NCBI RefSeq assembly: GCF_056746865.1
Contig: NZ_CM163382.1
Direction: 5' to 3' (one strand)
Length of the DNA: 64,000 nt
A model generated the notes under the pieces. It made no database searches and was not told where the DNA came from. It was given only the letters and a program-made list of their open reading frames with translations. Below, one piece after another: positions 1 through 10,732 of this stretch; positions within the stretch are counted from its first letter, which is position 1, and every line of letters starts with the position of its first letter. The position numbers and the translations under genes were made by a program.

Positions 1-163
1 CGCGATTGATAAACTCACGCACTACCGGCAGAGCGACGTCCGCCTCCAGCAGCGCCATGCGCACTTCGCGCAGCGTATCTTTTACGTTGTCTTCAGTGAG
101 GCGTCCACGGCCACTGATATTGCGCAGCGTGCGCGACAAACGATCGGTTAAATTATCAAACAT
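1..163 (-). CDS. ffh: signal recognition particle protein Ffh, N-terminal fragment (gene continues beyond window start)
   Basis: Reverse-strand translation from ATG at 161-163 reads MFDNLTDRLSRTLRNISGRGRLTEDNVKDTLREVRMALLEADVALPVVREF, the conserved Ffh N-terminus. The + strand ORF 6..233 is its antisense artefact. Confidence 0.85.
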   Translation of the reverse strand, partial: MFDNLTDRLSRTLRNISGRGRLTEDNVKDTLREVRMALLEADVALPVVREFINR

Positions 164-329
164 TGTCTCTCGCCTGGGGTGGAAACGGTTGGCCGCAATC
201 GCGACACATCATCAGTATATTGCCGCAGTATAACATGAAGGCGTCTTTGTTGTTATGCAACGGTTGGAGCAGCGTTCACCTAACGCTATACTGCTTCTCT
301 TTCTTATTGCTCAAACTGTCGACATTACT

Positions 330-1121
330 ATGCCCGTTTTTGCTCTGCTCGCGCTTGTCGCCTACTCCGTCAGTCTTGCGCTGATTGTTCCCGGTCTGCT
401 GCAAAAAAACGGCGGCTGGCGGCGCATGGCTATTATTTCTGCGGTCATCGCGCTGGTCTGCCACGCAATCGCTCTGGAAGCCCGCATCCTGCCCGACGGT
501 GATAGCGGACAAAACCTCAGCCTGCTGAACGTTGGTTCATTGGTCAGTTTGATGATCTGTACGGTAATGACCATTGTGGCTTCTCGCAATCGTGGCTGGT
601 TGCTGCTACCCATTGTCTATGCCTTTGCGCTTATCAACCTGGCGCTGGCGACCTTCATGCCCAATGAATACATCACTCATCTGGAAGCAACGCCTGGGAT
701 GCTGGTGCACATTGGCTTATCGCTCTTTTCCTATGCCACGCTGATTATCGCCGCCCTGTACGCGCTGCAACTGGCGTGGATTGATTACCAACTGAAGAAC
801 AAGAAGCTGGCGTTTAACCAGGAAATGCCGCCATTAATGAGTATCGAGCGTAAAATGTTCCACATCACGCAGATTGGCGTGGTGCTGCTAACGCTCACGC
901 TTTGCACTGGCCTGTTCTACATGCACAACTTATTTAGCATGGAAAATATCGACAAGGCCGTGCTCTCTATCGTGGCGTGGTTTGTCTATATTGTGCTGCT
1001 GTGGGGACATTATCATGAAGGATGGCGTGGACGCCGCGTCGTCTGGTTTAACGTTGCGGGTGCAGTCATCCTGACACTGGCCTACTTCGGCAGCCGAATT
1101 GTCCAGCAGTTAATCAGCTAA
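330..1121 (+). CDS. ypjD: inner membrane protein YpjD (263 aa from internal ATG)
   Basis: ORF 255..1121; translation from MPVFALLALVAYSV is a multi-pass hydrophobic protein matching the E. coli YpjD layout, divergent from ffh. Confidence 0.8.
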   Translation: MPVFALLALVAYSVSLALIVPGLLQKNGGWRRMAIISAVIALVCHAIALEARILPDGDSGQNLSLLNVGSLVSLMICTVMTIVASRNRGWLLLPIVYAFALINLALATFMPNEYITHLEATPGMLVHIGLSLFSYATLIIAALYALQLAWIDYQLKNKKLAFNQEMPPLMSIERKMFHITQIGVVLLTLTLCTGLFYMHNLFSMENIDKAVLSIVAWFVYIVLLWGHYHEGWRGRRVVWFNVAGAVILTLAYFGSRIVQQLIS

Positions 1122-1165
1122 ACCCAGAAAAGGAGTTTCCCCTGGAACACATTTCTACTACTACG

Positions 1166-2428
1166 TTGATCATTATTCTGATCATCATGGTGGTCATTTC
1201 AGCCTATTTTTCCGGGTCCGAAACCGGAATGATGACCCTCAACCGCTATCGTCTGCGACATATGGCGAAACAGGGTAATCGCTCGGCCAAACGCGTCGAA
1301 AAATTGCTGCGTAAGCCAGACCGCCTGATTAGCCTGGTGTTAATCGGCAATAACCTGGTCAATATTCTTGCCTCCGCGCTCGGCACTATTGTTGGGATGC
1401 GTTTGTACGGCGATGCGGGCGTGGCAATTGCGACTGGTGTGCTGACTTTTGTCGTACTGGTTTTTGCTGAGGTATTGCCGAAAACCATTGCCGCGCTGTA
1501 CCCGGAAAAAGTCGCTTATCCGAGTAGTTTTCTGCTGGCTCCGCTGCAAATTTTGATGATGCCGCTGGTCTGGTTGCTGAATGCTATCACCCGTATGCTG
1601 ATGCGCATGATGGGTATCAAAACCGATATCGTGGTTAGCGGCTCTTTGAGCAAAGAAGAGTTGCGCACTATCGTGCACGAATCGCGCTCACAAATTTCCC
1701 GTCGCAATCAGGATATGCTGCTGTCGGTGCTCGATCTGGAAAAGATGACCGTTGATGACATCATGGTGCCGCGCAGTGAAATTATCGGTATTGATATCAA
1801 CGATGACTGGAAATCGATTCTGCGCCAACTCTCCCACTCACCTCACGGGCGCATCGTGCTCTACCGTGATTCGCTGGACGACGCCATCAGTATGCTGCGA
1901 GTACGTGAAGCCTGGCGGTTGATGTCGGAGAAAAAAGAGTTCACCAAAGAAACCATGCTGCGCGCCGCGGACGAGATCTATTTTGTCCCGGAAGGTACGC
2001 CCCTCAGCACGCAGTTGGTGAAGTTTCAGCGCAACAAAAAGAAAGTCGGCCTGGTCGTCAACGAGTATGGAGACATTCAAGGGCTGGTGACGGTTGAAGA
2101 TATTCTGGAAGAGATAGTTGGTGATTTCACCACGTCGATGTCGCCAACACTTGCCGAAGAAGTCACTCCGCAAAACGACGGTTCGGTGATTATTGATGGC
2201 ACCGCCAACGTGCGGGAAATCAACAAAGCCTTTAACTGGCATCTACCGGAAGATGATGCACGAACGGTTAATGGCGTCATTCTGGAAGCGCTGGAAGAGA
2301 TCCCTGTCGCAGGCACCCGCGTGCGTATTGGCGAGTACGATATTGATATTCTCGACGTACAGGACAATATGATTAAGCAGGTAAAAGTTTTTCCTGTGAA
2401 ACCGCTGCGCGAGAGTGTGGCGGAGTAA
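1166..2428 (+). CDS. yfjD: CorC/HlyC-family membrane protein (DUF21 transmembrane region, CBS pair, CorC_HlyC C-terminus)
   Basis: 420-aa ORF with hydrophobic N-terminus and CBS-like segments; conserved position between ypjD and grpE. Confidence 0.8.
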   Translation: MIIILIIMVVISAYFSGSETGMMTLNRYRLRHMAKQGNRSAKRVEKLLRKPDRLISLVLIGNNLVNILASALGTIVGMRLYGDAGVAIATGVLTFVVLVFAEVLPKTIAALYPEKVAYPSSFLLAPLQILMMPLVWLLNAITRMLMRMMGIKTDIVVSGSLSKEELRTIVHESRSQISRRNQDMLLSVLDLEKMTVDDIMVPRSEIIGIDINDDWKSILRQLSHSPHGRIVLYRDSLDDAISMLRVREAWRLMSEKKEFTKETMLRAADEIYFVPEGTPLSTQLVKFQRNKKKVGLVVNEYGDIQGLVTVEDILEEIVGDFTTSMSPTLAEEVTPQNDGSVIIDGTANVREINKAFNWHLPEDDARTVNGVILEALEEIPVAGTRVRIGEYDIDILDVQDNMIKQVKVFPVKPLRESVAE

Positions 2429-2434
2429 CGAAAA

Positions 2435-2468
2435 CGGCCCTGCATTCGCATGCAGGGCCGTGATTTAT
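2435..2468. terminator. GC-rich hairpin with flanking T-run between convergent yfjD and grpE (likely bidirectional intrinsic terminator)
   Basis: cggccctgcattcgcatgcagggccg inverted repeat followed by tgatttatt. Confidence 0.5.
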
Positions 2469-2482
2469 TACGAAAGCAGAAA

Positions 2483-3109
<627 letters not shown>

Positions 3110-3198
3110 CTAACTTCGCTTATTATGGGGATCAGTTTCAGGGTTTCAAGGGAAGCACTCACATTGTCATCAATCTTCGCAACAAGGACCTCGGAAAA

Positions 3199-4077
3199 AT
3201 GAATAATCATTTCAAGTGTATTGGCATTGTGGGACACCCACGGCACCCTACTGCACTGACAACACATGAAATGCTCTACCGCTGGCTGTGCACAAAAGGT
3301 TACGAGGTCATCGTTGAGCAACAAATCGCTCACGAACTGCAACTGAAGAATGTGAAAACTGGCACGCTCGCGGAGATTGGGCAACTGGCTGATCTCGCGG
3401 TAGTCGTTGGTGGCGACGGTAATATGCTGGGCGCGGCGCGCACGCTCGCCCGTTACGATATTAAAGTTATTGGAATCAACCGTGGCAACCTGGGTTTCCT
3501 GACTGACCTTGACCCCGATAACGCCCAGCAACAGTTAGCCGATGTGCTGGAAGGTCACTACATAAGCGAGAAACGTTTTTTGCTGGAAGCGCAAGTCTGT
3601 CAGCAAGATTGCCAAAAGCGCATCAGCACCGCGATAAATGAAGTGGTACTTCATCCAGGCAAAGTGGCGCATATGATAGAGTTCGAAGTGTATATCGACG
3701 AGATCTTTGCGTTTTCTCAGCGTTCTGATGGCCTGATTATTTCGACGCCAACAGGCTCCACCGCCTATTCCCTCTCTGCGGGCGGTCCTATTCTGACCCC
3801 CTCTCTGGATGCGATTACCCTGGTGCCCATGTTCCCGCATACGTTGTCAGCGCGACCGCTGGTGATAAACAGCAGCAGCACGATCCGTCTGCGTTTTTCG
3901 CATCGCCGTAACGACCTGGAAATCAGTTGCGACAGCCAGATAGCACTGCCGATTCAGGAAGGTGAAGATGTCCTGATTCGTCGCTGTGATTACCATCTGA
4001 ATCTGATTCATCCGAAAGATTACAGTTATTTCAATACATTAAGCACCAAGCTCGGCTGGTCAAAAAAATTATTCTAA
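3199..4077 (+). CDS. nadK: NAD kinase
   Basis: 292-aa translation [17 protein letters not shown]... with GGDGN motif; conserved neighbour of grpE and recN. Confidence 0.95.
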
Positions 4078-4162
4078 TTTTACGCCAGCCTCTTTACTGT
4101 ATATAAAACCAGTTTATACTGTACACAATAACAGTAATGGTTTTTCATACAGGAAAACAACT

Positions 4163-5824
4163 ATGTTGGCACAACTGACCATCAGCAACTTTGCTATCGT
4201 TCGTGAGCTTGAGATTGATTTTCATAGCGGCATGACCGTAATAACTGGCGAGACCGGCGCGGGTAAATCTATTGCAATAGATGCCCTCGGCCTTTGTCTC
4301 GGTGGTCGCGCTGAAGCCGACATGGTGCGTACCGGCGCTGCTCGTGCCGACCTGTGCGCCCGTTTTTCTCTGAAAGATACGCCAGCGGCCCTGCGCTGGC
4401 TGGAAGAAAACCAGCTTGAAGACGGGCATGAATGTTTGCTTCGTCGCGTAATCAGCAGCGATGGTCGCTCACGAGGTTTTATCAACGGTACAGCGGTTCC
4501 TCTGTCACAACTGCGCGAACTGGGTCAGTTGCTGATTCAGATCCATGGTCAGCACGCTCATCAGTTACTCACCAAACCCGAGCACCAAAAATTCCTGCTT
4601 GATGGCTATGCCAATGAAACCTCTCTACTCCAGGAAATGACCGCACGTTATCAGTTGTGGCATCAAAGCTGCCGTGACCTCGCGCATCATCAACAGTTAA
4701 GTCAGGAACGCGCTGCCCGTGCGGAACTGCTGCAATACCAATTAAAAGAACTTAACGAATTTAATCCGCAGCCCGGAGAGTTTGAGCAAATCGACGAAGA
4801 GTACAAACGTCTGGCGAACAGCGGTCAATTGCTGACCACCAGCCAGAATGCATTGGCATTAATGGCCGACGGTGAAGACGCAAACCTGCAAAGTCAGCTT
4901 TACACGGCTAAACAACTGGTGAGCGAATTGATTGGCATGGACAGCAAACTGTCCGGCGTACTTGATATGCTGGAAGAAGCTACCATCCAGATTGCTGAAG
5001 CCAGCGACGAACTGCGCCACTACTGCGATCGTTTGGATCTCGATCCCAACCGGCTGTTTGAACTTGAACAACGCATCTCAAAACAGATTTCGCTGGCACG
5101 TAAACATCACGTCAGCCCTGAGGCATTGCCACAGTATTACCAGTCGCTACTGGAAGAACAGCAGCAACTGGACGATCAGGCCGACTCACAAGAAACGCTC
5201 GCGCTGGCGGTAACGAAACATCATCAGCAGGCACTGGAAACGGCGCGCGCGTTACACCAGCAACGCCAGCACTATGCAGAAGAACTTGCACAGCTGATCA
5301 CCGACAGTATGCATGCACTCTCTATGCCGCATGGGCAGTTTACGATTGATGTTAAATTTGACGAGCATCACCTGGGCGCTGACGGCGCTGATCGTATTGA
5401 ATTTCGGGTAACCACCAACCCAGGTCAGCCAATGCAGCCTATTGCCAAAGTCGCATCCGGTGGTGAATTGTCCCGCATCGCACTGGCAATTCAGGTCATC
5501 ACGGCGCGTAAAATGGAAACCCCGGCACTGATTTTTGATGAAGTGGATGTAGGGATTAGCGGTCCAACAGCGGCAGTTGTCGGCAAACTGCTGCGTCAAC
5601 TCGGCGAATCAACTCAAGTGATGTGTGTTACCCACCTGCCACAAGTCGCGGGATGTGGTCATCAACACTATTTTGTCAGCAAAGAAACCGATGGTGCGAT
5701 GACAGAAACGCATATGCAATCCCTGGATAAAAAAGCGCGGTTACAAGAGCTGGCGCGCCTGCTTGGTGGCAGTGAAGTCACACGTAACACACTGGCGAAT
5801 GCGAAAGAACTGCTTGCGGCGTAA
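4163..5824 (+). CDS. recN: DNA repair protein RecN (SMC-like ATPase)
   Basis: 553 aa; Walker A GETGAGKS near the N-terminus, coiled-coil middle, C-terminal signature region. Confidence 0.95.
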   Translation: MLAQLTISNFAIVRELEIDFHSGMTVITGETGAGKSIAIDALGLCLGGRAEADMVRTGAARADLCARFSLKDTPAALRWLEENQLEDGHECLLRRVISSDGRSRGFINGTAVPLSQLRELGQLLIQIHGQHAHQLLTKPEHQKFLLDGYANETSLLQEMTARYQLWHQSCRDLAHHQQLSQERAARAELLQYQLKELNEFNPQPGEFEQIDEEYKRLANSGQLLTTSQNALALMADGEDANLQSQLYTAKQLVSELIGMDSKLSGVLDMLEEATIQIAEASDELRHYCDRLDLDPNRLFELEQRISKQISLARKHHVSPEALPQYYQSLLEEQQQLDDQADSQETLALAVTKHHQQALETARALHQQRQHYAEELAQLITDSMHALSMPHGQFTIDVKFDEHHLGADGADRIEFRVTTNPGQPMQPIAKVASGGELSRIALAIQVITARKMETPALIFDEVDVGISGPTAAVVGKLLRQLGESTQVMCVTHLPQVAGCGHQHYFVSKETDGAMTETHMQSLDKKARLQELARLLGGSEVTRNTLANAKELLAA

Positions 5825-5972
5825 ACTTTTTTCCTGCTTCACGGTCAGAGTAAACAGCAAAACGCCGTAAGACCGGAAAGCAAAAGGTTTTAAAGTGATG
5901 AAAGGTCTATTATCATCGGCATATTACAGATGAGCCACGTACTGCTCGGGCCCGAAAAGGAATCAAATCACT

Positions 5973-6314
5973 ATGCGCTGTAAAACGCTGACTGCTGCAG
6001 CAGCAGTACTATTGATGTTGACCGCAGGCTGTTCCACTCTGGAGCGAGTGGTTTACCGTCCTGACATCAACCAGGGGAACTATCTGACCGCTAACGACGT
6101 ATCCAAAATACGTGTTGGCATGACGCAACAACAAGTTGCGTACGCATTGGGTACACCGCTGATGTCCGATCCATTTGGTACGAATACCTGGTTCTATGTC
6201 TTCCGCCAGCAACCAGGTCATGAAGGTGTAACGCAGCAAACGCTGACGCTGACCTTTAACAGTAGCGGAGTGTTGACCAACATTGATAACAAACCCGCGC
6301 TGAGTGGTAACTAA
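5973..6314 (+). CDS. bamE: outer membrane protein assembly factor BamE (SmpA) lipoprotein
   Basis: 113 aa with lipoprotein signal peptide ...[11 protein letters not shown]. Confidence 0.9.
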
Positions 6315-6340
6315 TCATAAAGTTGCCCTCAAAGACGTTA

Positions 6341-6370
6341 AAAAAGGTGCTCAATGAGCACCTTTTTTCT
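6341..6370. terminator. intrinsic terminator hairpin between bamE (+) and ratB (-)
   Basis: aaaaaggtgctcaatgagcacctttttt: perfect stem flanked by A-run and T-run, so it can act in both directions. Confidence 0.6.
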
Positions 6371-6375
6371 GTCTG

Positions 6376-6666
6376 TTATTTATTCGCTGATTTTTCTGCT
6401 CGTTGCCTGCGCAGCTCTTTCGGATCGGCAATGAGAGGACGATAAATCTCCACCCGATCGCCATCATGCACGGTATCGCTGAGTTTTGCCGGACGGCTGT
6501 AAATGCCGACTTTGTTTTTAGTTAAATCGATATCGGTACGCAATTCCAGCAAGCCACTGGCGCGAATAGCTTCTTCAACCGTCGCGCCCTCCTGCAGCGT
6601 CACGCGCTGCAGGTACTGCTTCTCAGGTAGCGCATAAGCCACCTCAACGGCAATTTTACCTGGCAC
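6376..6666 (-). CDS. ratB: RatB/YfjF (UPF0125 family), probable GTG start
   Basis: The 96-aa C-terminal part of ORF 6376..6750 ([19 protein letters not shown]...) matches YfjF; a GAAAGAGG Shine-Dalgarno sits upstream of GTG at 6664..6666. Confidence 0.75.
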
Positions 6667-7132
6667 TGTAAACCTCTTTCGCACGAACCGTAAAAGCCTG
6701 GACCATATTAGCCGCCAGCTCTTTAAACACGCGACCAAAGGCGAGTTCAATCAACTTATTGGTAAACTCAAAGTCGAGATGAAACTCGATACGACACGCC
6801 TCCTGGCTCAGCGGCGTAAACTTCCATCCACCAATCAATTTCTTGAACGGCCCATCCACCAGATTCATAAGAATACTTTGGTTACTGGTCAACTGGTTGC
6901 GGGTAGTAAACGTTTTGCTGATCCCAGCCTTAGAGACATCTACCGCCGCAGTCATCTGCCCAGGAGTGGACTCCAGAATCCGACTTCCGGTACAACCCGG
7001 CAAAAACTGAGGATAAGACTGAACGTCATTCACTAACTGATACATTTGCTCCGCGCTGTAGGGTACCAGTGCGGTCCGGCTAATCTGAGGCATAACAATT
7101 TCCATCAACAAAAATCCAACAAATAATATCAT
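6656..7132 (-). CDS. ratA: ribosome association toxin RatA (SRPBCC/polyketide cyclase fold)
   Basis: 158-aa ORF overlapping ratB start; conserved smpB-divergent gene pair. Confidence 0.9.
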
Positions 7133-7263
7133 TTATCCTGCTGTAAAAAAAACGCTATCCCGGCGCTGGGTAACATCGGGTTCATGCTAAGATAGAGCCT
7201 TGTCCCCCGCAGGATTGATATGGGGTGTTTTCGATTTCAGATTACCGATGATTCACGACGCTT

Positions 7264-7746
7264 ATGACGAAGAAAAAAGCACATAAACCTGGTTCAGCGA
7301 CCATCGCGCTTAACAAGCGCGCCCGTCACGAATACTTTATCGAAGAAGAGTTCGAAGCGGGACTTGCCCTGCAAGGCTGGGAAGTTAAATCCCTGCGCGC
7401 AGGAAAAGCCAATATCAGCGACAGCTACGTCCTTCTGCGTGACGGAGAAGCGTTCCTGTTTGGCGCAAACATCACACCAATGGCAGTGGCCTCCACGCAT
7501 GTAGTGTGCGATCCTACCCGTACCCGCAAATTACTTCTCAACCAGCGCGAACTGGACTCATTGTACGGTCGCGTCAATCGAGAAGGCTATACCGTAGTGG
7601 CGCTCTCCCTGTACTGGAAAAATGCCTGGTGCAAAGTGAAAATCGGCGTCGCCAAAGGTAAGAAACAGCACGATAAACGTTCAGACATCAAAGAACGCGA
7701 ATGGCAGGTGGATAAAGCGCGTATCATGAAAAACGCCCACCGTTAA
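7264..7746 (+). CDS. smpB: SsrA-binding protein SmpB
   Basis: 160-aa translation [29 protein letters not shown]... is canonical SmpB. Confidence 0.95.
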
Positions 7747-7960
7747 ACCTGCACTCCAATTATTGACCAGTTCCTCACCGCGCCTCCCTCTCCGGCGGCG
7801 CGAATGAACATCTTATTGGCTATCACATCCGACACAAATGTTGCCATCCCATTGCTTAATCGAATAAAAATCAGGCTACATGGGTGCTAAATCTTTAACG
7901 ATAACGCCATTGAGGCTGGTCATGGCGCTCATAAATCTGGTATACTTACCATTACACATT

Positions 7961-8323
7961 GGGGCTGATTCTGGATTCGACGGGATTTGCGAAACCCAAG
8001 GTGCATGCCGAGGGGCGGTTGGCCTCGTAAAAAGCCGCAAAAAATAGTCGCAAACGACGAAAACTACGCTTTAGCAGCTTAATAACCTGCTTAGAGCCCT
8101 CTCTCCCTAGCCTCCGCTCTTAGGACGGGGATCAAGAGAGGTCAAACCCAAAAGAGATCGCGTGGAAGCCCTGCCTGGGGTTGAAGCGTTAAAACTTAAT
8201 CAGGCTAGTTTGTTAGTGGCGTGTCCGTCCGCAGCTGGCAAGCGAATGTAAAGACTGACTAAGCATGTAGTACCGAGGACGTAGGAATTTCGGACGCGGG
8301 TTCAACTCCCGCCAGCTCCACCA
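7961..8323 (+). ncRNA. ssrA: tmRNA (SsrA), 363 nt, ending in CCA
   Basis: Starts ggggctgattctggattcgacggg; contains the tag-reading-frame region gcaaacgacgaaaactacgctttagcagcttaa (ANDENYALAA-stop); ends ...ggttcaactcccgccagctccacca. Confidence 0.95.
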
Positions 8324-8353
8324 AACATTCATTCATGATGCATCATGAACCTT

Positions 8354-8391
8354 AAAAAAGCCTGTAACTTCAACGAGTTGCAGGCTTTTTT
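8354..8391 (+). terminator. ssrA intrinsic terminator
   Basis: aaaaaagcctgtaacttcaacgagttgcaggctttttt hairpin plus T-run directly after ssrA. Confidence 0.6.
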
Positions 8392-8489
8392 GTTGCATGT
8401 GTGGTCATGATCTCTGTATGAATCTTGACCTTTTGGCACCATGTTTAGCACCACGGTATCGTGGGGCTAAAAAAGCGTGGTGCTAAAAC

Positions 8490-9737
8490 ATGCCTAAGCA
8501 ACTGAAACCCTTAACAAATGTGGAGATCGCTGGCGCGAAGCCCCGTAGCACGGATTATGAGCTACGGGACGGTGAAGGCCTGTACTTGCTGGTTAAGACT
8601 TCAGGGAGGAAGGCCTGGCATTTCGAGTATTATCATCCCGTCACCAAAAAGCGCACCAAAACCAGCCTTGGCCCTTACCCGGTCGTTACACTGGCCATGG
8701 CTCGCGAAACTCGCACGAAATACAGACGACTGCTCTGGCAGGGCATCGATCCCCGTCAACACTTAGCAGGAATAGCCGAAGAAAAACGCCTCCAGAATGA
8801 ATGCACGCTGGAAAAAGTTGCGGAACAGTGGCTCAAAGAGAAGAAACGGACCAGCGACCTTAGCGAAGATCACGCCAAAGATGTCTGGCGCTCGCTGGAG
8901 ATGCACGTCTTCCCTTCTCTGGGCAGTACGCCCGTCACCGAGATCCGCCCGAAGATGCTCAAGGAACACCTCACCCCGCTGGAAGAACAGGGCATCCTCG
9001 AAACGCTGCGCCGGGTTATCTCACGGCTCAATGAAATCTTCCGCTTCGCCATCTCCGAAGAGCTTATCGAGTTTAACCCAGCAGACAACCTGGTCGCCCG
9101 CTTCAAGAAACCGAAAAAGCAGAACATGCCCGCCCTTCCCCCCAGCGAACTGGGCAGACTAATGTTGGCACTACAAAACGCCTCTATCCGCAAGGAAACA
9201 CGCTGCCTTATCGAATGGGAGCTACTGACCTGGGTTCGCCCCGGCGAAGCCGTTAGCGCCCGCTGGTGCGACATCGATATGAAAAAAGCGGAATGGCGTA
9301 TCCCTGACACCTTTATGAAGATGAACCGTTCACACACGGTGCCGCTCAGCAAACAGGCGCTGCGTGTTCTTCAGATCATGGAGCCCGTCAGCCGCCATCG
9401 TCCGTGGGTCTTCCCCAGCATCCGCAAACCGCTGGAGCACATGCACCAGCAGACCGCGAACGCCGCGCTTATCCGCATGGGGTTCGGCGGTGAGCTGGTC
9501 GCCCACGGCATGCGCAGCATCGCCAGAACGGCGGGCGCAGGTCATTTTCCCCGTGAAGTTCTGGAATCTGCACTGGCACACCAGAAAGAAGACGAGATCG
9601 AAGCGGCCTACAATCGCAGCGACTATCTGGAACAAAGGCGACCGCTCATGCAGTGGTGGGGAAACTACGTTGATGCCGCCAGACGGCAGGCATTGCTCGG
9701 TGAAGAAGAACCGCTGCGGATCGTGGAAGGAGAATAA
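8490..9737 (+). CDS. P4-type tyrosine integrase (IntA/SlpA-like)
   Basis: 415 aa; N-terminus MPKQLKPLTNVEIAGAKPRSTDYELRDGEGLYLLVKTSGRKAWHFEYYHP is the P4-integrase arm-binding type; C-terminal catalytic region with HxxR and Tyr; located directly next to ssrA. Confidence 0.9.
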   Translation: MPKQLKPLTNVEIAGAKPRSTDYELRDGEGLYLLVKTSGRKAWHFEYYHPVTKKRTKTSLGPYPVVTLAMARETRTKYRRLLWQGIDPRQHLAGIAEEKRLQNECTLEKVAEQWLKEKKRTSDLSEDHAKDVWRSLEMHVFPSLGSTPVTEIRPKMLKEHLTPLEEQGILETLRRVISRLNEIFRFAISEELIEFNPADNLVARFKKPKKQNMPALPPSELGRLMLALQNASIRKETRCLIEWELLTWVRPGEAVSARWCDIDMKKAEWRIPDTFMKMNRSHTVPLSKQALRVLQIMEPVSRHRPWVFPSIRKPLEHMHQQTANAALIRMGFGGELVAHGMRSIARTAGAGHFPREVLESALAHQKEDEIEAAYNRSDYLEQRRPLMQWWGNYVDAARRQALLGEEEPLRIVEGE

Positions 9738-9783
9738 TGTGACCAGTCCCATTCGTCAGAATCTGTTTGAACGGGAATGCGAT

Positions 9784-10383
9784 ATGCCGCTGCTGGAAGC
9801 GCGGCATCTCGCCCTTCTGCTTCTCGGCCTTGATGCTTCCCAACCTGCAAACGCCCTGCCGGAAGAACATCAGGAAAATTACCGTATCCTGCACGACGCC
9901 ATCAGTCGCACCATCAAAGCAACGGGCATGGTCAGCGCCCCGGCGAACAAACGCATGTTCTATGCCGATGAAATGTTCGCGCTGGCCTGGCGGCTTATTG
10001 ATGACGAACTCACGCCGCCAGAAATTAAGGCCCGGAGCCTGAAGGCAGTGATGAAACTGTCACGCAACAGCCGTGGCCGCAAGTGGCTGAAGACGCTCGG
10101 CGACGATGCGCTGCCGGATCTCACTGCTTCCACACAACCTTCCCTGCGTGGGATGCATAAGCGCGACAAAGCACGGGAGAATACTGCCAGGCTCTGCTGG
10201 TTACTGGTTCAGCTTCTGGTTGATGAGACTGACGGACGGTATGGCACGTCTGATAAACCGGCTTCGGATCGGATACTTCGGAAGCTGAAGGAGCTGGCGC
10301 AGGAGCGGGAATTACCGTCAGACGGGCTTGGGCGAGGGACGTTTTATGAGGTTTTGAAGATGGGAAGGGAGAAGGAAGTTTAG
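9784..10383 (+). CDS. hypothetical island protein coupled to integrase (start ambiguous: GTG 9739 directly after the int stop, or ATG 9784)
   Basis: ORF 9364..10383 overlaps int in another frame; plausible starts lie just past the int stop; no recognisable motifs. Confidence 0.45.
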   Translation: MPLLEARHLALLLLGLDASQPANALPEEHQENYRILHDAISRTIKATGMVSAPANKRMFYADEMFALAWRLIDDELTPPEIKARSLKAVMKLSRNSRGRKWLKTLGDDALPDLTASTQPSLRGMHKRDKARENTARLCWLLVQLLVDETDGRYGTSDKPASDRILRKLKELAQERELPSDGLGRGTFYEVLKMGREKEV

Positions 10384-10732
10384 GTAATAACACTGCAGAT
10401 CGCACGTGAACACAGTGCCACTTTCCCTATGGAATGTGAAATTAATCGGTAATACCCCTCGAAAGAATGTGAACAGACACTCTCTTGCTTAACTGTTGAA
10501 ACTCTTCGAATTAAAGACAAGGTTCGCCATTTAATTATCTGACAGTTCGCCCCAGCACAACGTTAAAGTGATTTTTGATCAATCACCTACTCTGCTCTGG
10601 CAGAGCCAGAGCCGTTTTACTGACTAAAGCACAAGCTTCCAGCGAATGCACCTTTCCACACACCATAAGTCTTGTGTGATACCAGCACTGACGGTGTATG
10701 TTACATATCCTTAAAAAGTTCTCCAGACCGAC

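Noticed and set aside
6-233. 75-aa plus-strand ORF at the window start
   Set aside because: It is antisense to the clearly recognisable ffh N-terminus on the minus strand.
9364-9736. N-terminal 124 codons of ORF 9364..10383 overlapping the integrase gene
   Set aside because: In-frame overlap with int in a different frame; the plausible starts (GTG 9739 or ATG 9784) lie just after the int stop, so the upstream extension is likely non-coding.
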